Shown: positions 47,961-58,293, numbered from the whole stretch's first letter. The stretch is 63,994 nucleotides of DNA, filler included, from Sandaracinaceae bacterium (GCA_947483975.1; 8 parts of 8 records of this genome joined end to end with filler, not necessarily neighbours in it); one strand, 5' to 3'. A program made the numbers and translations. The notes: generated from the sequence alone by a model not told the origin.

Positions 47961-48212
47961 TCAGCGGGGACGGAAGAGCGCGCAGGTCCCGGACCAGGTG
48001 ATGCAACCGCCACACGTGCTCGGGCAGTCCGCATCGCTCGCGCAGTGGATCTCTCCGCAGCCGACCATGGGCTCGACCGTGGAGGCGACGCACATCGGGG
48101 CGGCGACCGGCGCAGGCGCGCGCGCGGCGGGCGGCGCGGTCGGCGAGACCACGGCGGCGACAGCGAAGACGACCAGGGCGACAGCGAGGAGCGCAGAGAG
48201 GAATCGACGCAT
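47961..48212 (-). CDS. Small secreted Cys-rich peptide
   Basis: CAGGAGG RBS; signal peptide; C-terminal C-x4-C-x5-C-x3-C-x2-C-x6-C. Confidence 0.65.
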   Translation of the reverse strand: MRRFLSALLAVALVVFAVAAVVSPTAPPAARAPAPVAAPMCVASTVEPMVGCGEIHCASDADCPSTCGGCITWSGTCALFRPR

Positions 48213-48395
48213 GGCGACCTCCTGAGGCGGACACTCGTAAGGTGCGCGTCCCCGGGCGGGGGGTCAACGCGCAGCCCGATCGATGGGTCGAGCGCGCCGG
48301 AGCGGCGCTCCGTCGTTGACCCCGCGGAGCCGTTCAGCCAGTGTGCCGGAGTGCTTCGAAGGTACCGTCGCGTCCGAGTCGCTGAGCCAGCGTGG

Positions 48396-49680
48396 ATGAC
48401 CTCCCTCCTGAGCCTGACGCACCGCGTCGCTCACTCCGCCTCGCTCGCTGCCCTCGCGCTGCTCGCCCCGTGCATCGTCGCGACGCTCACCGGCTGCGGC
48501 AGCGACCCGACTGAGCTCGTGGTGTTCATCGACACCGACCTGCGCGCGCCGAGCGACGTCACCGAGCTCGTCGTCGAGGTGACCGGCGCCACCACGCACG
48601 AGACGCGGCGCGCGCCGCTCGTCGGCTCAGGTGCGGTGTCTTTGCCGGTGACGCTCGGCCTCTACCGCGAGAGCGGCGGCGACGAGGTCACGGTCGTCGT
48701 CACGGCCCTTCAGGGGGCCGTCGTCGTGCAGCGTCGGACCGCGCGCGCGCGCTTCGTCGCGGGACAGAGCCGGCTGCTCGAGGTCGTGTTGCCCGCCTGC
48801 TGCGCTGGGCGCGACTGCGGCGCGGAGAGCTCCTGCGGGCCCGACGGCTGTGCGCCGCCGGATGTCCCCGCCGAGCGACTGCCGACGTTCGACGGCACGC
48901 TGCCGCACCGCTTCGCGGGTGTGTGCGCGAGCGAGGTCTGCGACGGCGTCGACAACGACGGCGACGGCACGATCGACGAGGGCTACGAGCTGCGCTCCGA
49001 GGTCGGGAACTGCGGCGCCTGCGGCAACGACTGCCGCAGCAAGGACTCCGTCTCGGCCGCGACCTGCAACGCGGGGAGCTGCGCCGTGACGAGCTGCGTG
49101 ACCGGGCGCGCGGACTGCGACGCCGGCGGCTTGAACGGCTGCGAGGTCCTGCTCGCGACAGATCCGCTGCACTGCGGCGGCTGCGATCGACCGTGCGCGA
49201 CGACGAACGGCACGGCGACCTGCGTGGAGTCCGTGTGCGCGCTGCGCTGCAGCCCTGGCTTCGGCGACTGTGAGCTCCCCGCGCCGGGCTGCGAGACGGC
49301 CCTCGACGACTCCACCGCAAACTGCGGTCGGTGTGGCCGCGCGTGCGCGGGGACCTGCGCCGACGGCTACTGCGACGCAGAACGTGTGACCGCGATCGCC
49401 GCGGGCGGCTCGCACGCGTGCGCGCTGCGCGCCTCGGGCAGCGTCGTCTGCTGGGGCGCCAACACCGACGGACAGCTTGGCGACGGATCGACGAACCCGG
49501 GGCGCGCGCCGGTCGCCGTGGTCGGCCTCACGGACGCGCGCTCCCTCGCGGTCGGCGCCCAGCACTCCTGCGCCGTGCGCGCGGGCGGCGAGGTGGTGTG
49601 CTGGGGCGATGGCGCGAGCGGGCAGCTCGGCGACGGCTTCGCGCTCGACCGCTCGAGCCCGGTGACGGTGCTGGGCGTCA
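48396..49680 (+). CDS. Lipoprotein with Cys-rich repeats and RCC1 repeats, 3' truncated
   Basis: Lipobox LTGC; CDGVDNDGDGTIDEG; NCGACG/HCGGC/NCGRCG repeats; IAAGGSHAC..VVCWG..GQLGDG RCC1 units. Confidence 0.85.
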
Positions 49681-49780
49681 NNNNNNNNNNNNNNNNNNNN
49701 NNNNNNNNNNNNNNNNNNNNNNNNTTAATTAATTAANNNNNNNNNNNNNNNNNNNNNNNNNNNNNNNNNNNNNNNNNNNN
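49681..49780. other. Artificial contig spacer
   Basis: N44-TTAATTAATTAA-N44. Confidence 0.99.
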
Positions 49781-49781
49781 A

Positions 49782-51773
49782 GCCCCCGTCCAGCGCGCGC
49801 TCGCCGCGCTCGCGCTGCTCCTCGTCGCGTGCGGCGGCCCCGAGATTCGTGGGCCGCAGCGGCCCGCGCTGCACCTCGCGCTGCCGCCTTCGACCGTCGT
49901 CGTGCCTGCGGGCGCGCCCGACGCGGCGCATCGCATCGACGACGAGCGCACCTGGCAGCTCCTCGCGGCGCGCCCCGAGAACGAGGTCTTCGCGCGCACG
50001 GAGGTCGTGAAGTTCCTGATCGACCTCGAGGACGCTCGCAAGCTCTGGCTCGTGCAGAGCGTGCGCTGGCCGATCCACTACTACTTCGCGCGCCGCTTCC
50101 TCACGGGGACCGCGCCCGTCGAGTCGCACGCGGCGTTCAACGTGCGCGAGTATCGGCGCCCCGACCGCCGCTTCGTCTGCGGCTCGCTCGTGCACTACCT
50201 CGACTCGGACGCGTGGACCTTCGAGATGCTCTCCGGCGACGACCTCGATGGGCCGCGCGTCGCCGAGGCGTTCGAGCAGATCCGAGACGCCGTCTACTTC
50301 GGCCCCAAGCTCCACTATCGGCCGCTCTCGACGCTCAACGAGGAGCACATCGCCGGCGTGCGCGACCGGCTGAACGTCGTGACGACCGACGCCCTCGTCG
50401 GAAACCTGCGCTATCAGCCGCTGACGCCGGGCACCGCGTACGGCGTGCTGCGCCTCGTGCGCGGGGAGCTCGACCTCTCGACGGTGCGCGCGCAGGAGCT
50501 CCTCGTCACCGAGGATGTGCCCGACGATCTGCCGATGACGATGGGGCTCGTCACCTCGCGCTTGCAGGCGCCGCTCGCGCACGTCGCCATCCTCAGCGCG
50601 AACCGCGGCACGCCGAACATGGCGCTGCGCGGCGCGATCGACGACCCGCGCTTCGCCGCGCTCGACGGGCGCGTCGTCAAGCTCGTCGTCGGTCCGCAGG
50701 ACTTCACCGTGACCGAGGTGCCGCAGGCAGAGGCGGACGCGGCTTGGGCGGCGCTGCGCCCCTCGACAGCGTTCGCGCCGCGGCTCGATCTGCGCTCGCG
50801 CGCGCTCGTCGCGCTCTGTGACGTCGGCGCGGCGGAGCTCGGCGCGGTCGGCGCGAAGGCGGCGCAGCTCGGCGAGGTGTGTCGGCTCGGCGGGGACGTG
50901 CACACGCCCGGCGGCTTCGTGCTGCCGACGGCGCTCTACGTCGACCACCTCGTGCACAGCCATGTGGAGGCGACGATCCGCGACATGCTGGCAGACCCGA
51001 CATTTCGGGCAGACCGGGTAGTCCGGCTGTCGCGCCTCGGGGCGCTCCGCGGCGCGCTGACGACGGCGCCGATCGACCCCGCGCTGCTGCGGCAGGTGCG
51101 CGCGCGGCTCGCGCAGTTCCCCGCCGGGCGCGTGATCTTTCGCTCGAGCACCAACGCCGAGGATCTGCCGGGCTTCAACGGCGCGGGGCTCTACGAGTCG
51201 GTCGTCGTGCCCGCGGGCGCGAGCGATGCCGTCGTCGGGGACGCGATCCGCCGCGTCTGGGCGAGCGTCTGGACGCTGCGCGGCTTCGAGGAGCGCGACT
51301 GGTTCCGCATCGATCACACCGCCGTCGCGATGGCCGTGCTCGTACAACCCTTCGTCGCGGGCGCCGTCGCGAACGGCGTGGCGATCACGCGAAACCCCTT
51401 CAACGAGGGGCGCCCCGCGGTCTTCATCAACGTGCAGACGATGAGCGGCAGCGTCACGGGCGCGCGCAACGACGTGCCCGAGCAGCACATCGTCTACACG
51501 TACACCGAGCAGCTCGAGGACGAGATCCTCGGCCGCAGCAGCCTGACGAACGGCGCCGCGGTGATGCCGACGGAGGAGGTCGAGCGCCTGACGCGGCTGC
51601 TGCAGGACCTGCACGCGAGGCTGGTCCCGACCTACGGCGACAGCGCCAACGCGCTCGACGTCGAATTCCTCGTCTCGGCCGTGCCGGGCGCCGCAGAGCG
51701 CCTGATCACCATCGTGCAGGCGCGCCCGTTCCGCGTCGTCTACACGGAGGGGCAGCGCTACCGCCCGCTGTGA
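49782..51773 (+). CDS. PEP/pyruvate-binding (PPDK_N ATP-grasp) domain lipoprotein, start missing
   Basis: Frame open from contig edge with ALAALALLLVAC lipobox; PLAHVAILSANRGTP; VGAKAAQLGE, PGGF, FRSSTNAEDLPGFNGAGLYES, MAVLVQ, DVEF, IVQARP. Confidence 0.85.
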   Translation, partial: APVQRALAALALLLVACGGPEIRGPQRPALHLALPPSTVVVPAGAPDAAHRIDDERTWQLLAARPENEVFARTEVVKFLIDLEDARKLWLVQSVRWPIHYYFARRFLTGTAPVESHAAFNVREYRRPDRRFVCGSLVHYLDSDAWTFEMLSGDDLDGPRVAEAFEQIRDAVYFGPKLHYRPLSTLNEEHIAGVRDRLNVVTTDALVGNLRYQPLTPGTAYGVLRLVRGELDLSTVRAQELLVTEDVPDDLPMTMGLVTSRLQAPLAHVAILSANRGTPNMALRGAIDDPRFAALDGRVVKLVVGPQDFTVTEVPQAEADAAWAALRPSTAFAPRLDLRSRALVALCDVGAAELGAVGAKAAQLGEVCRLGGDVHTPGGFVLPTALYVDHLVHSHVEATIRDMLADPTFRADRVVRLSRLGALRGALTTAPIDPALLRQVRARLAQFPAGRVIFRSSTNAEDLPGFNGAGLYESVVVPAGASDAVVGDAIRRVWASVWTLRGFEERDWFRIDHTAVAMAVLVQPFVAGAVANGVAITRNPFNEGRPAVFINVQTMSGSVTGARNDVPEQHIVYTYTEQLEDEILGRSSLTNGAAVMPTEEVERLTRLLQDLHARLVPTYGDSANALDVEFLVSAVPGAAERLITIVQARPFRVVYTEGQRYRPL

Positions 51774-51788
51774 GATAGTGGGCGTCCC

Positions 51789-54083
51789 ATGACGTCTACT
51801 TCGCTGCGCCTCCTCGGCCTCGCGCTCTCGCTCGCCGTGCTCGCCGCTTGTAGCGACAGCAGCACCAAGCCACCCGGTCACTGCGCGTCGACGACCGACT
51901 GCACCGGCACGGACCGCTGCGTCGACGGGCGCTGCGTCGCCACGGTCACGCCGGACGGCGGCGCCGACGCGGGCTTCGACGGCGGCGTCGACGGCGGCCC
52001 AGTCTGCGCATCGCCGCGCGTGATGTGCGCCGCCGCGTGCTGCGACCTCGGTGACCTCTGCTGGATGGACACCTGCATCGCGGACCGCGGCAGCTGCGTG
52101 ACCGGCGACGACTGCGAGTCGGACACCCGCTGCGTCGGCGGGCTCTGCGTGCCGTGGGGCGCGCCGGTCGGCGAGCCGACCTCGGACCCGGCGTGCACGC
52201 GCTCGATCAACATCGACACCATCGCCCCCGACGTGCAGTGCGCGTGGAGCGAGCCGCCCGTGGGGGACCCGTTCCCCGACAGCCATCAGGTGATGTCCAC
52301 GCCCGTCGTCGTCGACTTCAACCTGGACGACGACCCCGCGACGCTCGAGCCGTCGATCATCTTCACGACCTTTGGCCCTGGCAGCTACGGCGCGCCGGGC
52401 GTGCTCCGCGTGATCGACGGGCGCACCTGCGCGCATCAGTTCACGTCGCCCTTGGCGGAGGACGCCGCGATGGGCCCCGCGTCCCCGACGGTCGGCGACC
52501 TCGACGGCGACGGTCGGGCCGAGATCGTCACGGCGCGCACGGGCGGCGGGCTGGTCGCCTATGGCTGGGACGCGACCGCGCACAGCTTCGTCAAGCGCTG
52601 GACGTCGGCGACGTGCGACGCCGCGGGCGGGCGCGTGCCCGACACGACGGGCGGTGCGGACAAGTGGAACGGCGTCTCGCTGCACGACCTCGACGACGAT
52701 GGGCGCGCCGAGATCATCTACGGCGCGACGGTCTACGACGCGAACGGCTGCATCCTCTCGTCGACGCTCGGCTTCGCGCTCTACAGCGTGGGCTACATCG
52801 CGGTGGTCGCGGACGTCGACGAGGACGGCCGCATGGAGCTCGTGCAGGGCCAGGCGATCCACGAGTGGCGCGACGGCGACTGGCAGCCTGAGCCGTACTT
52901 CGTCGGCGGCACGGCCGCCGGGCAGGTCGCGGTCGCGGACTTCGGCAACTTCCCGCTCGCCTCGCTCGGCGGCGCAGACGCGGCCGAGGTCGCGGTGATC
53001 TCGGCGGGCACCGCGCGGGTGCAGACGCTCGAGGGCACCGTGGTCTTCGGCCCGTACACGCTGCCGGGCGGCGGCACGGGGGGCCCCCCGACGATCGCCG
53101 ACTTCGACGGGGACGGGCGCGCGGAGTTCGCGACGGCGGGCGGCGCGCAGTACATCGTCTTCGACCTCGACTGCGCGGGCACGCCCGTCGGCACCTGCGG
53201 CTCGTCGCGCACCGACGGCATCCTCTGGACGCAGCCGTCGAAGGACCTGAGCTCGAACGTCACGGGCTCGTCCGTGTTCGACTTCGACGCGAACGGCGCG
53301 GCAGAGGCCGTCTACGCGGACGAGTGCTTCCTGCGCATCTACGACGGCGCGACGGGCGACGTCGTCTACAGCGCCGCGCGCTCGAGCGGCACGACCTACG
53401 AGAACCCGGTGATCGTCGATGTCGACGGTGACTTCCACAGCGAGATCGTCACCGCCGCGAACGACTACGCTGGCGCCAACGGCTGCCCGGCGAGCGACCC
53501 GCTGCGCCCGAGCACGCCGTTCTCGACCTCGCACGGCATCCTCGTCTTGCGCGACGTCACCGACCGCTGGGCGGCGTCACGCCCGGTGTGGAACCAGCAC
53601 GCGTACGCCGTGACGAACGTCGGCGACCGCGGCGAGATCCCGCGCACCTCCGCCGTCGCGCGCAACTGGCGCACCGCGGGGCTCAACAACTTCCGGCAGA
53701 ACGTGCAGGGCGCGCTCGACGCGCTCGGCGTGCCGGATCTCACGACCGCGGCGATCTCCGAGCGCCTGCGCGTGCCGTGCGAGCTCGACGGCACCGCGAC
53801 GCTCCGCGCCCGCGTCTGCAACCGCGGCGCGCTCCCGATGGCGGCGGGCTTCGTCGTCGAATTCCGCGCCGAGACGCGCGACGGAGTGCCGCTCTGCCGC
53901 GCGAGCTCGGCGGTGTTCCTCGGCGTCGGTGAGTGCGCCGAGACGAGCTGCGTCGCGGTGCTGCCGACCGACCGCGCGATCGACGTGCACGTCGTCGCGG
54001 ACCCCGACGCGACGAGCACGGAGTGCCTCGAGGGCAACAACTACAGCCTCCAGCCGAACGTCGCCTGCGACACGATCGGCTAG
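51789..54083 (+). CDS. FG-GAP repeat beta-propeller lipoprotein with Cys-rich N-terminus and CARDB-like C-terminus
   Basis: Lipobox LAAC; many DxDxDG loops (DLDGDGRAEI, DFDGDGRAEF, DVDGD); WNQHAY; PDL, VCNRG, ECLEGNN. Confidence 0.88.
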   Translation: MTSTSLRLLGLALSLAVLAACSDSSTKPPGHCASTTDCTGTDRCVDGRCVATVTPDGGADAGFDGGVDGGPVCASPRVMCAAACCDLGDLCWMDTCIADRGSCVTGDDCESDTRCVGGLCVPWGAPVGEPTSDPACTRSINIDTIAPDVQCAWSEPPVGDPFPDSHQVMSTPVVVDFNLDDDPATLEPSIIFTTFGPGSYGAPGVLRVIDGRTCAHQFTSPLAEDAAMGPASPTVGDLDGDGRAEIVTARTGGGLVAYGWDATAHSFVKRWTSATCDAAGGRVPDTTGGADKWNGVSLHDLDDDGRAEIIYGATVYDANGCILSSTLGFALYSVGYIAVVADVDEDGRMELVQGQAIHEWRDGDWQPEPYFVGGTAAGQVAVADFGNFPLASLGGADAAEVAVISAGTARVQTLEGTVVFGPYTLPGGGTGGPPTIADFDGDGRAEFATAGGAQYIVFDLDCAGTPVGTCGSSRTDGILWTQPSKDLSSNVTGSSVFDFDANGAAEAVYADECFLRIYDGATGDVVYSAARSSGTTYENPVIVDVDGDFHSEIVTAANDYAGANGCPASDPLRPSTPFSTSHGILVLRDVTDRWAASRPVWNQHAYAVTNVGDRGEIPRTSAVARNWRTAGLNNFRQNVQGALDALGVPDLTTAAISERLRVPCELDGTATLRARVCNRGALPMAAGFVVEFRAETRDGVPLCRASSAVFLGVGECAETSCVAVLPTDRAIDVHVVADPDATSTECLEGNNYSLQPNVACDTIG

Positions 54084-54832
54084 CGCTGCTTGCCCCGCGC
54101 CTTCGGCTTCGCTTCCGGCTTGGCGCGTCGCCCGAGGTCGCGCAGCGTCGGCACGAGGAGCTTTCTGCGCAGCAGCACGACGAGGCGCTCGCTCAGCGTC
54201 GTCGCCGCCTCGGTGATCGTCGAGAGCTGCTCGCCCGCGCGCGGGACGACGCCCTCGCGATAGAGCCGCAGCTCGATGCGCACGAGCTCCCGCAGCGCCG
54301 CGGCGTACTCGCCGATGATGGTGATCGGCAGCATTTCTGGGGTGATCCCGCACTTGCGCGCGGCCGCGAGCACGCGCAGCAGCTCGAGGTCGTCGCCGCC
54401 GTACGCCTCGTCGTCGCGTCCCTCGAGCGGCACGACCGCGCCCATCGTGCGCAGCCACTCGAGCTGCGCGGCGGGCATCCCGGCGCCGAGCAGCTCGTCC
54501 TTCGTGCGCGTCTCGCTCGCGTCCGCGCTGCTCGAGAGCGCGCGCGCGATGGCCGCCGCGGCCGTCTCGTCCACCGACTCGAGGGCGGACTCGTCGAGCA
54601 CCGACTTGATCACCTTGAGCGGCAGGAAGTGCGTCCGCTGAAGCTCCTTGATCCGCAGGATCCGCGGCACGAGCGCGAGGTCGTAGTAGGCCATGTTGCG
54701 GCCCGTGCGCATCGCGGGCTCCGGCAGCAGCCCCTCGCGCACGTAGTGCTTGATCGTCGCCGCGGGCACGCCGCTCTGCGCAGCGAGGACCGACATCTTG
54801 ACCAGCTCGGGCTCGGTGGGGCGGCTATCCAT
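54080..54832 (-). CDS. MerR-family transcriptional regulator
   Basis: KMSVLAAQSGVPAATIKHYVREGLL, RILRIKELQ, LPLKVIK; second degenerate MerR-like domain. Confidence 0.88.
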   Translation of the reverse strand: MDSRPTEPELVKMSVLAAQSGVPAATIKHYVREGLLPEPAMRTGRNMAYYDLALVPRILRIKELQRTHFLPLKVIKSVLDESALESVDETAAAAIARALSSSADASETRTKDELLGAGMPAAQLEWLRTMGAVVPLEGRDDEAYGGDDLELLRVLAAARKCGITPEMLPITIIGEYAAALRELVRIELRLYREGVVPRAGEQLSTITEAATTLSERLVVLLRRKLLVPTLRDLGRRAKPEAKPKARGKQR

Positions 54833-54978
54833 CAGCGGGGGCGAACGCTATTGCCATGTTTCCCGGGTACTTCCAGCGAGCTCCAAGCGCTCGCGCACAC
54901 GTCTTGACACGCGCGCCGGATTATTGCAGGTAGGAAGTCGCACTTTCAACAGACTCCGCTTCTCGACAGGACCGACCC

Positions 54979-56100
54979 ATGCGCGCCTCTTCACCTGAGC
55001 TCCTCTCCCGCCTCTCCGCCTGTGTGCTGTTGCTCGCGACGTCCGCGTGCGGCGGCGGCGCCGGTCCCTCGCTCCCCCCGCCTCCGACGCCGGACCTCGG
55101 CGGTGCCGACGGCGGCGTCAGCGACCTCGGGCCCGACGTGGATCTCGGCGCAGACGTGGACCTCGGCGCAGACGTGGACCTCGGCGCAGAAGTGGACCTC
55201 GGCAGCGAGCCGATCGACCTCGGCCCGACGCCGACGCTCAGCCCGCCGGACGGCGCTGGTCCGTACGTGGTCTCGCGGATGGCCGGGACGACCGGCAGCA
55301 CGTCGATGACGGTGTACGACCCGACGCTTCCTGCCGGTCAGCTCGCGCCCATCGCGATCTTCCTCGCGGGCTTCCAGCTCCACATCAGCAACTACGACGC
55401 GCTCTGCACGCGCCTCGCCTCGCACGGCGTCATCGTCGTCGGCGTCGAGGCGCCGTCGGGCGGCATCATCCCGTCGGCGGACCACGTCGCGCTCCGCGAC
55501 TCGGCGATCGCCGCGCTCGACTGGGCGCGCACGTCGGCGCCCTCCGCGACGCACACCGACCTGACGCACACGCTCGTCTTCGGGCACAGCATGGGCGGCA
55601 AGGTCGCGACGATGATCGCCGCCGCCGATGGGCGCGTGACGGCGCTCCTCGGGATCGACCCGGTCAACGCGGGCAGCCCGCTGACCGGCTACTCGGCGAC
55701 CCTGCCCGACGTCGTGCCTGACGCGGTGACGCCGCTGACGATCCCGGTCGCCTTCCTCGGCGAGACGACCAACGGCACGGGCGGCCTCGGGGGAATGTCG
55801 TGCGCGCCCGCCGCGCAGAATTTCCAGACGTTCTACGCGGCGGCGACCGGCACCGCGTGGGCCGCTCAGTACGACTTCACGGGCGCCGATCACATGGACT
55901 TCGTGCCCGACACCACGGGCTGCGGCTTCGCGTGCACGGCGTGCACGGCGGGCACGGCGACCCCGGCGACGGTCGTCTCGAGCATGGAGACGCTCGTCGT
56001 CGCGTTCGCGCAGCGGCATCTGTTCGGCAACGTCGCGGCGGAGGTGTGGCTCACCGGCGCGTCGGTCCCCGCCGGCGTCGTCGCCTCGCACCGTCCGTAA
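54979..56100 (+). CDS. Alpha/beta hydrolase lipoprotein (chlorophyllase/cutinase-like)
   Basis: Lipobox TSAC; GPY, LASHG, GHSMGG nucleophile elbow, IDPV, HMDF. Confidence 0.85.
   Translation: MRASSPELLSRLSACVLLLATSACGGGAGPSLPPPPTPDLGGADGGVSDLGPDVDLGADVDLGADVDLGAEVDLGSEPIDLGPTPTLSPPDGAGPYVVSRMAGTTGSTSMTVYDPTLPAGQLAPIAIFLAGFQLHISNYDALCTRLASHGVIVVGVEAPSGGIIPSADHVALRDSAIAALDWARTSAPSATHTDLTHTLVFGHSMGGKVATMIAAADGRVTALLGIDPVNAGSPLTGYSATLPDVVPDAVTPLTIPVAFLGETTNGTGGLGGMSCAPAAQNFQTFYAAATGTAWAAQYDFTGADHMDFVPDTTGCGFACTACTAGTATPATVVSSMETLVVAFAQRHLFGNVAAEVWLTGASVPAGVVASHRP
55135..55203 (+). repeat. In-frame 18-bp tandem repeat encoding (D/E)VDLG(A), four units
   Basis: GACGTGGA(T/C)CTCGGCGCA units. Confidence 0.9.
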
Positions 56101-56141
56101 GACCTCGCCGCTCCCCGCGCTGACGAGCGCTCGCTCGCGCC

Positions 56142-57835
56142 TCAGCGGGCGAGCGGAGAGAAGCGCGCGTCTCGAAACACCGCGCCCGTGCCGCCCGCCG
56201 CGAAGCGGTCGCGCGCGGGCGCGATGCGTTCGTCGAAGACGACCAGATCCGGCAGCAAATCAGGGAGGAACGTCGAGCGCCAGGTGCCGAGCGGGGACGT
56301 CCCCGCGATGACGAGCAGGCGCGGCGCGGGACCGCTCGACGGCGGCGCGAGCGGGTTCGCGGCGACGAAGACCGTGCCGACCTCATCGCCGCGGTGCGCG
56401 GTGCCGTCGACGACGAGCGCGTCCGCGTCGAAGCGCACGGGGAGCTGCGCCGCGACGCGCGCGAGTACGCGGTTGGACGCCGGCGGACCGACGAGCACCA
56501 GCGTGTGCGTGCGGAGCTGCTCGTCGTTGACGTCGACGTCGTCCACGATCGGATAGCGCACCTGCCAGCCGCGCGGCGCAGCCCACGCGCGCGCGACGAG
56601 GCGGTTGATCAGCGTGTGCCGCGGGTCCGCGGTGCCGACGACGAAGAGCAGCGGGTCGTGGAAGACGTCGCGGATCGGTCCTGTTTCTTGGGTCGGCGTC
56701 GCGCTCGTCGCCGCGCGCCAGTGCTCGGCGTCACGGCTGAGCGCGAGCGGTGAGGTGCCCTCGACGACGTCGCCGTCGAGCTCCGCGCGGACGTGGTCGC
56801 CTGCATGGCCAGGCGACAGCACGAGGCGCGCGAGGTCGCGCGTGGTGCCGCGGACGACCTGCTCGGCGCCGTGCGTCGAGAGGGTCGCGTCGACCTCGCC
56901 GAATGCGTCTGCGCGCGAGCGCTGCACGCCGCCGATCCACCACGCCCCATCGCAGCGCGGGCGCGCCGTGCGAAAGCGGACGTGCGCGGGCGCCGCGGGA
57001 CGCCTGAACGGCGCGAGCCAGCGATAGAGCGCGCCGTCCGCGTAGGTCTCCGTCCAGACGTTGTGCCCGCTCTCGGGCTGTCGATGCTCGACCTGGTAGT
57101 GCAGCGCGGTGAGGCGCGTGACGAGGCTCGTCGTCCACGCGAGCGGGCGATCGCGCGAGCCGCGCACGAGCAGCATCGGAAGGTGGAGCGCGTTCTCCGC
57201 CCAGTCGACGTCGCTGCGCTCGGCGCGGAGGAACTGCTCCCACGGCGCGAGCGCGTCCTGCGCGGTGTCCTGCCGCACGCGCTGATCGTGATAGCCGGCG
57301 AGGGCAGCCGACGCGGCGAAGAGGTCCGGGTGATGGAACGGCAGATACGCCGCGCCGGTGCCGCCCATCGAGCCGCCCGTGATGCCGACGCGCGCGTCGT
57401 CGACGCGGTAGCGCGCGCGCACGTCGGCGAGCACCTCGAGCACGTCCTCCTCGCCCGCGAAGCGATAGTGCGTCTGCCCGCGCCCCGTCGGCGCGACGAC
57501 GAGCATCGGTCCGCGCGTCGGCGTCTCCCCGTTGCGCCCATGGTCCTCGAGCGACACGCCGGGACCGCGCGGCAGGCTGAACGTGTCGCGGAGGTAGTCG
57601 CCCGCGTTGCCCGTGAAGCCGTGCAGCGTGACGAGCAGCGGGAAGCGCCGCGTGCCGCGCGCGTGCTCGGGCGGCACGAAGAGCTCGTAGGGGACGAGCG
57701 TCCCGTCGAGGCGCGAGCGCAGCGCCATGCGCGTGTAGCCCGTCGGCGCCGCGAGCGGATCGTGCCCGCGCGCGAACTCTGCGGCGAGGTGCTGCGCCTC
57801 GGCGACGAGCGTGTGCCGCCACGCCGCGTCGGGAT
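56142..57835 (-). CDS. Serine hydrolase (S9/esterase-like), 5' truncated
   Basis: PLLVTLHG, GEEDV, ITGGSMGG, GHNVW; frame open to the contig edge. Confidence 0.8.
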
Positions 57836-57935
57836 NNNNNNNNNNNNNNNNNNNNNNNNNNNNNNNNNNNNNNNNNNNNTTAATTAATTAANNNNNNNNN
57901 NNNNNNNNNNNNNNNNNNNNNNNNNNNNNNNNNNN
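57836..57935. other. Artificial contig spacer
   Basis: N44-TTAATTAATTAA-N44. Confidence 0.99.
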
Positions 57936-57936
57936 G

Positions 57937-58293
57937 CTCTCGCTCGTCGCCGCCGTGGCCGCCGTGCCCGCCGTGCTCTGGGTCGTCGCGCCGTACGCCT
58001 ACGAGTCGCCGCACCACCTCTGCCCGTTCTGCCTGCTGCGCGCGGACGCGGGCGGCCTCGGCTGGCCGCTCTTCGCCTCGCTCTTCACGGGCACGCTGCT
58101 CGGCGTCGCGCTCGCGCTGGTCGAGTCGCAGAAGCGCGCCTCGGGCGCCTCCGCGGAGGCCGCGGCGATGCAGCGTGGGCTCGCGCGCTGGGCCGCTGCG
58201 GCTTGGCTCCTCGCCCTCGTGCTCGCGGCCGCGCCGGTCGTCCGCTACCTCGTGCTGAGCGGCGGTGTGTCGCTCTTCGGTGCCCACGGATGA
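57937..58293 (+). CDS. Membrane protein with YESPHHLCPFC motif, 5' truncated
   Basis: Hydrophobic helices and a His/Cys motif; stop overlaps the nosL-like start. Confidence 0.65.
   Translation, partial: LSLVAAVAAVPAVLWVVAPYAYESPHHLCPFCLLRADAGGLGWPLFASLFTGTLLGVALALVESQKRASGASAEAAAMQRGLARWAAAAWLLALVLAAAPVVRYLVLSGGVSLFGAHG

Noticed and set aside
54904..54950. TTGACA between merR and the hydrolase as a MerR-type long-spacer promoter
   Set aside because: No convincing -10 at 19-20 bp and no clear dyad in the spacer.
8285..57935. Seven identical N44-TTAATTAATTAA-N44 blocks at roughly 8-kb spacing
   Set aside because: Artificial contig linkers. Contig lengths decrease steadily (size-sorted), so neither the periodicity nor cross-spacer gene adjacency is biological.
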